A stretch of 64,000 bases of DNA from Verrucomicrobiota bacterium (lineage in GTDB: Bacteria; Verrucomicrobiota; Verrucomicrobiia; Verrucomicrobiales; V1-33): positions 104,561-168,560 of the forward strand of contig JAZKDC010000011.1 in the NCBI GenBank assembly GCA_040387795.1. The letters are read 5' to 3'. Positions 19,789 to 27,246 of the stretch are shown piece by piece; position 1 is the stretch's first letter; the number at the start of each line of letters is the position of its first letter. The notes beneath the pieces were generated by a model. The model was given only the letters and a program-made list of their open reading frames with translations. It had not been told where the DNA came from and did not search any database. The position numbers were made by a program, and so were the translations under genes.

Positions 19789-19882
19789 GGAGCGCGGACT
19801 TGCAGTCCGCCCCGGCAACCCTTGCTCCTCTCACGACCGATGCCCTGCCAATGCTCCGGGGCGGACTGCAAGTCCGCGCTCC
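19789..19882. repeat. Perfect 27-bp inverted repeat with a 40-nt spacer; each arm is itself a 7-bp/3-nt hairpin (REP/BIME-like)
   Basis: GGAGCGCGGACTTGCAGTCCGCCCCGG (19789-19815) is the exact reverse complement of 19856-19882. The inner palindrome is GCGGACT-nnn-AGTCCGC. Confidence 0.9.
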
Positions 19883-19901
19883 ATCCCCCCACCCTCCCAT
19901 G

Positions 19902-19940
19902 CCCGCCGTCCGATGCCCCCGGGCGGCGGGGTTTTCGTTT
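19902..19940 (+). terminator. Second orphan terminator-like hairpin (plus strand)
   Basis: CCCGCCG..CGGCGGG (or the inner CCCCG-ggcgg-CGGGG) followed by GTTTTCGTTT. Confidence 0.4.
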
Positions 19941-20284
19941 ACTGGCTGAAGCATCTGCCCCTCCACTTCCTTCAAGGGCTCCGCGGTGGTTGATCCAGGA
20001 CCGCTGAACCTTCCTTCTTCTCCCGCCCTCATTCCCGGGATTTCCCTTCCCAGCTCCATCGTTCAACCCTGACGATTTCAGACGAAGCATCCTTCCTGAT
20101 CTTCAGGGCCCGTTTAAAATTCCTGAATTTCTTGCAGATCCTGTTGGGGCCGGATAGGGTCAGGAATAGCCAATCGTATCGATTGAGGCACAAACTTTTA
20201 CAAACCACCAGCCACTCCTATTATGCCTCCTCTTGAAATGGATGTCCCACCAGATCTGGTGGCATATTAGACTGTCCGGAAGAA

Positions 20285-20827
20285 ATGAATATGCGTCAAC
20301 TACTCACCCGAAATCACTGGCCCGTCATTGCCGTGGTGTTTGTGGCGTGCTTTATCGCCGTCGTCTGGTACATGGACCCGTTTATTCTAATGATGCTTGG
20401 CATCGTCGTCGCATGGATAGGAATACCCGCGTTACTTGTCGCTGGAATTCTCTGGTTGTTTGCCTTTCACTACGGACGCTCAAACCGCCCAGCATTGACG
20501 ATTCTTTTGATAGTTGCGACTTCCGGCTGCTTTGCCGGACTCGCCATTCCATCGAATCGGTTCGTCCAGCAGCGCGCCGTCGTGGCCGCCAAGGATTATC
20601 CATCGCGTGTCGCGCCGTTGCTGGAGGCTTACCGCAGCACCCACGGAACATACCCGACGAACCTTGCGCAGCTTCCAACCAAGCCCTCCCTTCCACGTCT
20701 GCTTCGCAGCTCTTACGGCTATCGTTCAGATGGGGGCAGTTACTCGTTCTCATTCCCCCAGCCTGGTGGCTTGATCGACACATGGGAATACTCCAGCGAG
20801 ACAAAGACATGGTATCTATCAACATGA
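20285..20827 (+). CDS. Hypothetical membrane protein (about 4 TM + ~90-aa soluble tail), in the lower-GC islet
   Basis: ATG start, hydrophobic N-terminal 100 aa, no family recognised. Coding status is supported mainly by length and composition within the ~50% GC islet. Confidence 0.5.
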   Translation: MNMRQLLTRNHWPVIAVVFVACFIAVVWYMDPFILMMLGIVVAWIGIPALLVAGILWLFAFHYGRSNRPALTILLIVATSGCFAGLAIPSNRFVQQRAVVAAKDYPSRVAPLLEAYRSTHGTYPTNLAQLPTKPSLPRLLRSSYGYRSDGGSYSFSFPQPGGLIDTWEYSSETKTWYLST

Positions 20828-20949
20828 AGTCCCAAAACAGAATGAAGCCGAACTCGTCGTGGGTGGAAACGGCGGACAAGCTCTCTCATTCGCTTCGCTC
20901 TGTCAGTCCTGCGCCGCCGTGCCAACCACATTTAACGTTCACTGGAAAT

Positions 20950-21435
20950 ATGAAACACCAATTTGCCATCTGCTTAGCCGCCTTCATGATCGCTGGATGC
21001 TCCGGGAGGGACAAGAACCAAGCGGATAATTCCCCGAAGCCGGAGACACTGATCGAGGAATACGATGAAGCCGCAATGGATGCGGCAATAGGCACCGCCC
21101 GAAACCGGGTCGATGATTTTTTGAAGATCCTTGCAGAGAACGGGGCGGACTCCTTCTCAGTCAAGGCTGCAATCCAAGATGGAGATGAGACCGAGCATTT
21201 TTGGATCGTCAACGTTTCATACGCGGAGGGAGTATTTTCCGGTGAGATCGGTAATGACCCAGGTATTGTTAAGAACGTGAAGGCTGGTCAGGCATGGAAG
21301 GTCAAGAAAGATGAGATTTCGGACTGGATGTATACCAAAGGAGACCTAATCCACGGTGGATTCACTATTGATCCTCTGTTGGGATCTTTTCCCAAGGACA
21401 AAGCGGACGCCCTGCGATCAAAACTTGTCCGGTAA
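20950..21435 (+). CDS. DUF2314 (YegJ-like) domain lipoprotein
   Basis: ATG 20950 gives MKHQFAICLAAFMIAGC (lipobox). Blocks EHFWIVNVSY..G.FSGEIGNDP and ISDWMYTKGDLIHGGFT fit DUF2314. Confidence 0.65.
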   Translation: MKHQFAICLAAFMIAGCSGRDKNQADNSPKPETLIEEYDEAAMDAAIGTARNRVDDFLKILAENGADSFSVKAAIQDGDETEHFWIVNVSYAEGVFSGEIGNDPGIVKNVKAGQAWKVKKDEISDWMYTKGDLIHGGFTIDPLLGSFPKDKADALRSKLVR

Positions 21436-21540
21436 TCCTCTCAAACGAACAAGACGTCTCTCCCAACGCCCGACCCGCCGCCAGATCCAGTGGTCGTGAC
21501 CTTCCAATCTCCAACCCGTTAGCCAAATCCACCCACGCCT

Positions 21541-22206
21541 ATGTTTGATCGCCTGAAGAAGCTTTTCGGAGCCACCAAACCCCAACCGGCCGAAGACCCG
21601 ACGGCGGAGCTGGCCGAAGCGTGGAACGACCAAAAATCGAAGCTCATGGAGGCTGCGCTTGGTCCCGAGCACAACATGGTAATGCATGCCATGATTCCAT
21701 TCGCCGTTGGTGGCTTTCTCGATCTTTACTATTATCCACATGGACTGCCAGGCACTGCCGTTGCCACGAAAGAACTTTCCGAATTGCCGGGCCAAGGATC
21801 GTCGAATGAAGCGTTTTCCAGCTACGAACTCGCCATGTTCACCCGCCACACCCTCAATCTCGACGAGGCGCGGGATGAATCCACGGCCTTCGGGCAGGCT
21901 CACGCGACGATCAATCGAGTCCTGAACCATATGGCCCGATACAGTGTCTCTGCCACCCTCAATCGCAATGAGACGTGTGCGTTTCCTGTCGAGATGAAAC
22001 ATGTCGGAGGCAAGTGCTTGATATTCGATGCTTACGGCATCCCGGATGACGGCAAGCTCCGCACCTTCGGTATCCTCGCTGTAATCGAAGTCCATCCTTC
22101 TGAGATGGACTTCGCCCGCGCCGGAGGCGGTTCCGAGTTGATCGCGCGACTCAAGAACGCGGGTCATTATCCTTACTCTGATTTAGACCGTGAACCCGTG
22201 GTATGA
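21541..22206 (+). CDS. Suppressor-of-fused (SUFU)-like domain protein
   Basis: ALGPEHNMVMHAMIPFAVGGFLDLYYYP, ATKELSELP, YELAMFTRH and GILAVIEVHPSEMDFAR resemble bacterial SUFU-like proteins (PF05076-type). Confidence 0.6.
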   Translation: MFDRLKKLFGATKPQPAEDPTAELAEAWNDQKSKLMEAALGPEHNMVMHAMIPFAVGGFLDLYYYPHGLPGTAVATKELSELPGQGSSNEAFSSYELAMFTRHTLNLDEARDESTAFGQAHATINRVLNHMARYSVSATLNRNETCAFPVEMKHVGGKCLIFDAYGIPDDGKLRTFGILAVIEVHPSEMDFARAGGGSELIARLKNAGHYPYSDLDREPVV

Positions 22207-22460
22207 TCCGGCTGATGACCATGGGCTGCAGCGAACGGCTCCGGCTGTCACGCGGGCTGCTCCACCGCCTTGGCCCGCGCAGCCATCGCGCCAGCCTCTC
22301 TGATCGCTGAGCTTGGGTCAGGACTTGCGCGAGCCTCGGCGCAGAGCCCACCATCGACTGGGCTCCACCCAGACAGTTGGCGGTGAGGAATCTCAAGAAC
22401 CGAAGGCAAGGGCCGATTTTAGTTGCTTGTCGGACCGGGATGGAGGCATATTTCTTAGTC

Positions 22461-22667
22461 ATGAAACCTTTTTCTGTGCTCTTCCTTTTGACGTTGATCT
22501 CCGGCTTCCTGAGCGGCTGTGCGGAGACGGCTACCCAGCCCGGCAGTGCGCTGCCTATTGAGCATCAGGACACTTCCGCCACGGTGCCGGGGAATGCGCC
22601 CATCGTGGACCGGATGGGGGTGGATGGCACCCAGCATTACCACCGCAAGGTGACGACGGTGCAGTAG
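22461..22667 (+). CDS. Small lipoprotein, unknown function
   Basis: ATG 22461 gives MKPFSVLFLLTLISGFLSGC (lipobox). Only 68 aa and no family recognised. Confidence 0.45.
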   Translation: MKPFSVLFLLTLISGFLSGCAETATQPGSALPIEHQDTSATVPGNAPIVDRMGVDGTQHYHRKVTTVQ

Positions 22668-22691
22668 AGGAAAGCAGAGGGCAGGGGGAAG

Positions 22692-22719
22692 AAGTCAGAA
22701 GTCAGAGGGCAGCGGTCAG
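22692..22719. repeat. (AAGTCAG)x2 heptamer + shared 13-mer GGGCAGCGGTCAG
   Basis: Read directly. The 13-mer is identical to 1804-1816. Confidence 0.85.
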
Positions 22720-22887
22720 ACAAACGCTGCCGGCGGCGAGGCGTTTGAGGCATACCGGACACGGTTTGGGGCGCAGCCCCGCAGGCGCGGTGAGCGCCGG
22801 AGTCATTGCAGAGCTCAGGCAAACGCAGTCGACAGATGCAGCCGAAGATCTATAGGAGTGGCTCGGAGCGCCCGTGGAGTGGGATGG

Positions 22888-25569
22888 TCATTTGGGCTGG
22901 CGGATCCATTGCAGGAGGTCGGCCATTTGTTGGGGGGTGAGGGCGGACTCGAAGCCGGGGGGCATCAGGGAGCCGGGGACGGGCTGCATGGCGGTGATGT
23001 CGCTGCGGAGCACGGCTTGTTCGGCGCCGCCGGGGAGGCGGAGCACGAGGTTGTTGACGGTCTCGGCGGAGATGACGCCGCTGAGGACGGGGCCGGACTG
23101 GAGGGTGACGGTCCAGCCGCGGTAACGGGCTTCCACGGTCTGGGCGGGGTCGAGGATATTCGCGAGGAGCCAGTCGGTGGGTTTGCTGGCAGTCATGTCC
23201 AGATCGGGGCCGACCTCGTGGCCTTGGCCGCGCAGCCGGTGACAGAGGGCGCAGAGGGACTCAAACAGCGGCAGGCCGGCGGCGGCGTTGCCGGGGAGTT
23301 TTCCCACGGCGGCATAAGTGGCGATGACTTTTTCCCGGTCGGGGGAACTGGATTGGAGGACGGGAGAGCGGACGGCGGCGGGAATGACTTCCTTTTGTTT
23401 CAGGCGGTGGAAGAAGGGGCTGTCAGGACGAAGGGAGGACATGACGGCCACCCGTACGTCTTCATCGGGGTGGGCTGACAATTCGGCGAGGACGGGTTCG
23501 CTGAGGTCCGGGGGCCAGAAGCCGAGGGTGAACGCGGCCTGCAGGAGCACGGCGGGATCGGGATCGCGGGCGAGGGCGGCGACGGCGGGGAAGAGGGACT
23601 GGACCGGGAAGGCCTCACTTTCCCGCAGGGTGGCGCAGCGGACCCAGGGGTGGGGATCCGTCAGGGCGGTGCTGAGGGTGGCTTCGTCCAGGGCACCCAG
23701 CGCACCCAACGTGGCGAGGGCCTGCAAGCGGACCTGTGGCAGATGGGCAGGGGTGAGCAGGGCCCGGAGCGGGGCGGGGGCGGCGGGATCCCTCCGCTCG
23801 AGGAGGATGCGCTGGGCCATGTCGCGCTGCCAGCCATTGCTGCTGTTCAGGGCCGCCACGAGGGCCGGGGCGGGCAGGGTGGACAGGTCTGGCACCGGGC
23901 GGCGCGGGGCATCCACGGGCGCGATGCGGTAAAGGCGGCCGCGGTCCGAACCGGCGCGCAGATCCACCCGGGCCTGCATTTCCGGGGAGATCCATTCCGG
24001 ATGCTCCAGCACGAAGCGGTAATAATCCGCTACCCAGAGGGCGCCATCCGGACCGGTGCGGAGGAAGACCGGACGGAACCAGTTGTCCGTGCTGGCGAGA
24101 AACTCCCGGGTTTCCTCCCCGGCGGCGCGCTGGCTGCGGAAGCCACTGCCCTCGCGCGACAGGACCTCGCGGTGCACGGTGTTATGCACGGGTTCGGCGA
24201 TGAAGACGCTGTCGGCAAAGGCCGGGCCAAACAAGGTGTCGCGGTAGGGAGTGGGGGAGCAGGCGCTGGTGACGTGATTCAGGGACCACGGCTGATTGGG
24301 CCGCTCGAGGGGCGGGCTGGCGGGAAAGACGCGGGTGGCGTCGGGGTAGTTGGCGAGGGGCTTTTTGACGCGTTTCACCGCGAGTTGGGGATTCCGTTTC
24401 AGATAACGTTCCGGGAGGGTCACCTGCCAGAGCCAGGCCGGATTGTTGTTGCCGAACCAGTGCCCCCAGTCATCGCGGCGCAGGCCGTATTGCGTCATAC
24501 CGGAGACGGTTTCGATTTCCCCGGTGTCAGGACGGAAGCGCACATCGCGTCCGCTGATGGCGAGGGTTTTCCCGGTTTTGACGGAAGTCACGGTGCCGCC
24601 GCTGTCGCCATTGGCGGCATAGATCCAGCCGTCGAGGCCCCACTCGAAGCCATTGAAGCGGTGCTGCTGGTTGCCCGGGGTGAATCCGGTGAACAACACC
24701 TCACGGGTTTCCGCCCGGCCATCGCCATCCTGGTCCACGGCGTAAATGATGTCAGGGGCGGCCGCGATCAGAGCGCCCTGGCGCCAAGGCATGACGCCGG
24801 TGGGAAAGGGCAGCTGATCGGCAAACACGGTGGTGTGCTCATAACGGCCATCGCGGTCGCGGTCGGTCAGGATCTTCACCACCCCGCCGGGCTGGCCTTT
24901 CCCATCCATGCCGGTGGGATAGTCATTCATCTGCACCACCCAGAGGCGGCCATCGGGGCCCCAGTCGAAGGCGGCGGGATCGGTGATCTGCGGCTCGTGG
25001 GCCACCAACTCCGCGCGGAAGCCATCGGGCAGGCGGAGGGATAACAGACCCTGTTCCGGCGACAGCGGGGGCGGCATGGGCAGGGCGATCAAAGTCTTCG
25101 CGGTCAGTGTGGTTTTGGGGCCGGTGGGCGATTGGATGGAGAGGATGCCGTCTTTTACCGACACGTTGGTCCCGGTGAGGGGCGGCAAGCGGTCCGGCGC
25201 TGTGGTGCGGGGGGCGCTGCGCACCTGTTGGGACCAACCGGGCAGCCAGCCGAGATCCGCCCGGGCCTGCTTTGTCCAGAGGTGGATGGCTTCATGGGTT
25301 TCATCGGCAAACAGGAGATCGGCCAGGCCATCGCCATTCAAATCAGCAAACCGGATTCCACTGTCAGGAGCCTCCCCTGACGGAACCGGCACCCCGGCGG
25401 GCCGCGGGAATTGGCCCGCCATTTTCCCGCCGGTCACGGTGATGCCGTCTGCTGCGATCTGCACCTGCTCGGCGGTGCTGTCACCGTCGAGGTCGGTGCG
25501 CAGGGTGAAGGGGCCGGCCGCCCCCACGGGCAGGGCAGGGAGGAGAAGCGTCAGGGCGAAGCGTTTCAT
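22888..25569 (-). CDS. PVC-type haem-binding CxxCH protein (FG-GAP-like N-terminus, membrane-bound-dehydrogenase beta-propeller domain, HEAT repeats, C-terminal cytochrome c)
   Basis: 893 aa with a signal peptide. DLDGD/DLNGDG repeats, propeller blocks (WGPDGRLWV, DGWIYAANGDSGG, GPDGALWVADYY), HEAT-like region, and C-terminal CALCHRLRGQG..GPDL and SLMP. Confidence 0.8.
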   Translation of the reverse strand: MKRFALTLLLPALPVGAAGPFTLRTDLDGDSTAEQVQIAADGITVTGGKMAGQFPRPAGVPVPSGEAPDSGIRFADLNGDGLADLLFADETHEAIHLWTKQARADLGWLPGWSQQVRSAPRTTAPDRLPPLTGTNVSVKDGILSIQSPTGPKTTLTAKTLIALPMPPPLSPEQGLLSLRLPDGFRAELVAHEPQITDPAAFDWGPDGRLWVVQMNDYPTGMDGKGQPGGVVKILTDRDRDGRYEHTTVFADQLPFPTGVMPWRQGALIAAAPDIIYAVDQDGDGRAETREVLFTGFTPGNQQHRFNGFEWGLDGWIYAANGDSGGTVTSVKTGKTLAISGRDVRFRPDTGEIETVSGMTQYGLRRDDWGHWFGNNNPAWLWQVTLPERYLKRNPQLAVKRVKKPLANYPDATRVFPASPPLERPNQPWSLNHVTSACSPTPYRDTLFGPAFADSVFIAEPVHNTVHREVLSREGSGFRSQRAAGEETREFLASTDNWFRPVFLRTGPDGALWVADYYRFVLEHPEWISPEMQARVDLRAGSDRGRLYRIAPVDAPRRPVPDLSTLPAPALVAALNSSNGWQRDMAQRILLERRDPAAPAPLRALLTPAHLPQVRLQALATLGALGALDEATLSTALTDPHPWVRCATLRESEAFPVQSLFPAVAALARDPDPAVLLQAAFTLGFWPPDLSEPVLAELSAHPDEDVRVAVMSSLRPDSPFFHRLKQKEVIPAAVRSPVLQSSSPDREKVIATYAAVGKLPGNAAAGLPLFESLCALCHRLRGQGHEVGPDLDMTASKPTDWLLANILDPAQTVEARYRGWTVTLQSGPVLSGVISAETVNNLVLRLPGGAEQAVLRSDITAMQPVPGSLMPPGFESALTPQQMADLLQWIRQPK

Positions 25570-26975
25570 TGGGAGAGCTTTTCCAGGATATTGCGGGTGA
25601 TGCGGTCCACCATGGGATCGCCGCCGCGAAGCCCGTGCGCCCAGTCGGTGCTGCCGCAGGTGAAGACGGTGCCGCCGCGTTGATAGACGCCGAGCACGGC
25701 ATTGCCCTTGCGGCCATTCTCCCAGCGCTCATACCACTGGCAATCATCCGGATGCCACTGCGCCGGGGCGCTGGCGAGGATTTCAAAGGTGTCAGGGGTG
25801 CCATCGCGGTGGGTGGGGAAGGGCAGGCCTTCCTTCCAGTCGATTTCGCAGCCGTCGCACTCATAACCGACAATGGTGTCCTTCGCACCGAAGGAGTCGG
25901 CGCGCTTCAGGCTGGTGCCCTGATAGATCCAATGGTCCGGCCGGTGCACCGTGAAGGCCCCGCTGCCATCCATGAGCTGCCCGTGGCTTTTGTGATAGCC
26001 GCCCCAGAGGAACCCGACCCCGGTGAGCTGGTTTTCCGGCCGCTGCACCAGATGATGACTCCAGAGCGAGGACAGAGTGGCATACCCCGTGCGGGCCCCA
26101 TACACTGGATCGCTGGGGAAGTTCTGCTTCCAACAGGTGAGGGACTGGCCGTCCGGGCTGGAGCGCACCTGCCAGCAGCAGGTATTGCCACTGAAAAAGG
26201 CCACATTGCCGCCGTCACCGATGAACTTTTCCAGATGGTCGCGCATGGGGGCCGACCAGTATTCATCATGACCCACGCTGAGCACCAGCCGGTAGTGTTG
26301 GAGGATCTCGGGATGGAACTCGAGGTCGCTGTTGGCGGCATATTCCAAGGTGAAACCACTGCGCTCCGCCCATTCGACAAAGGGCTGTTCCCAATTGCTG
26401 AACTGGCTGGCGGGAGGCCGCTGGAAGGAAACCTGATGCCCCTGATTGCCGCCGCGGCCGTTGTAGGCATAAAGGCTGAAGCCGCCCCAGTTGTTGTAGG
26501 CATTGTAGGTGTTGGTGCTCAGTTGCAGGAGGATGCGCGAGGACCGGCCCGGCTCGGCGGCGCGCAGGACAAAAAAGCAGGAAGCTTCGGCCGGGGTGGG
26601 GGCCTCCGCCGGGGTGGCGGCGGGCCGGACTCCATGGAGCCTGACTTGATAATAACCACTGCGCCAACCAGCGGGGATTTTCACGGTGAGGGCCTGCGGC
26701 CAACGGCAGCCCATGGACGAGCTGTCCTCCGGCACGGGGTATTCCTTGCCGGCGACGTTCTGTTGTTCCCACACCTTTTCCGGCTTGAGGCCATGCCGGG
26801 TGATCTCCGCCGCGAAGGTGGGCAGGTTGGTGGAGACATGCAGGGTGATCTCCTCCCCGGGGGCATAACTCACTTTTCCCGTATAACCTGCGAGGGTGGG
26901 AGGCGGCAGATTGTCCGCGGCGGAAGACAGGAGGGCTGACAGGCAGAGGATCCAGACGGAGAGGAGCAGCTTCAT
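25566..26975 (-). CDS. Secreted DUF6605 / N,N-dimethylformamidase beta-subunit-like domain protein
   Basis: Signal peptide from ATG 26975 (MKLLLSVWILCLSALLSSA). Blocks STNTYNAYNNWGGFSLY, VGHDEYWS..MRD, GGNVAFFSGNTCCWQVR and VGYECDG. Its stop overlaps the next start (ATGA at 25566-25569). Confidence 0.65.
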   Translation of the reverse strand: MKLLLSVWILCLSALLSSAADNLPPPTLAGYTGKVSYAPGEEITLHVSTNLPTFAAEITRHGLKPEKVWEQQNVAGKEYPVPEDSSSMGCRWPQALTVKIPAGWRSGYYQVRLHGVRPAATPAEAPTPAEASCFFVLRAAEPGRSSRILLQLSTNTYNAYNNWGGFSLYAYNGRGGNQGHQVSFQRPPASQFSNWEQPFVEWAERSGFTLEYAANSDLEFHPEILQHYRLVLSVGHDEYWSAPMRDHLEKFIGDGGNVAFFSGNTCCWQVRSSPDGQSLTCWKQNFPSDPVYGARTGYATLSSLWSHHLVQRPENQLTGVGFLWGGYHKSHGQLMDGSGAFTVHRPDHWIYQGTSLKRADSFGAKDTIVGYECDGCEIDWKEGLPFPTHRDGTPDTFEILASAPAQWHPDDCQWYERWENGRKGNAVLGVYQRGGTVFTCGSTDWAHGLRGGDPMVDRITRNILEKLSQ

Positions 26976-27246
26976 TTGTAGCCAGTCTACTGGCGCTGCC
27001 CGGCCGGATGCAAGCCTGGCGGTACCCGAAGATGCGCTCCGTCCGCAGGCTTGCCATGGAGGGGCCGGAAGGCTACAAGGACGGTTCCTTCCCCAGCGCT
27101 CCATGATAAAAACCCTCCTGCTCTGCCTCTTTTCATTTGTGTTCACCGGGCAGGCGAAGCCGCTGCCGACGTGATCCCCTCCCTGATGCCACCCCATCCC
27201 TGTGGTCCTGGCATACTGCTTCCCCGGTTCTCCCGCCCCTCTTTGC

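Noticed and set aside
20233-20949. N-terminal 239 aa of the 400-aa ORF 20233-21435
   Set aside because: This part overlaps the membrane-protein frame 20285-20827 and has no features. Only the part from ATG 20950 (lipobox + DUF2314 motifs) looks real.
20060-22670. Low-GC islet as a prophage, IS or integrative element
   Set aside because: No integrase, transposase, terminal inverted repeats, direct-repeat att sites or phage genes are visible. Only compositional deviation supports a foreign origin.
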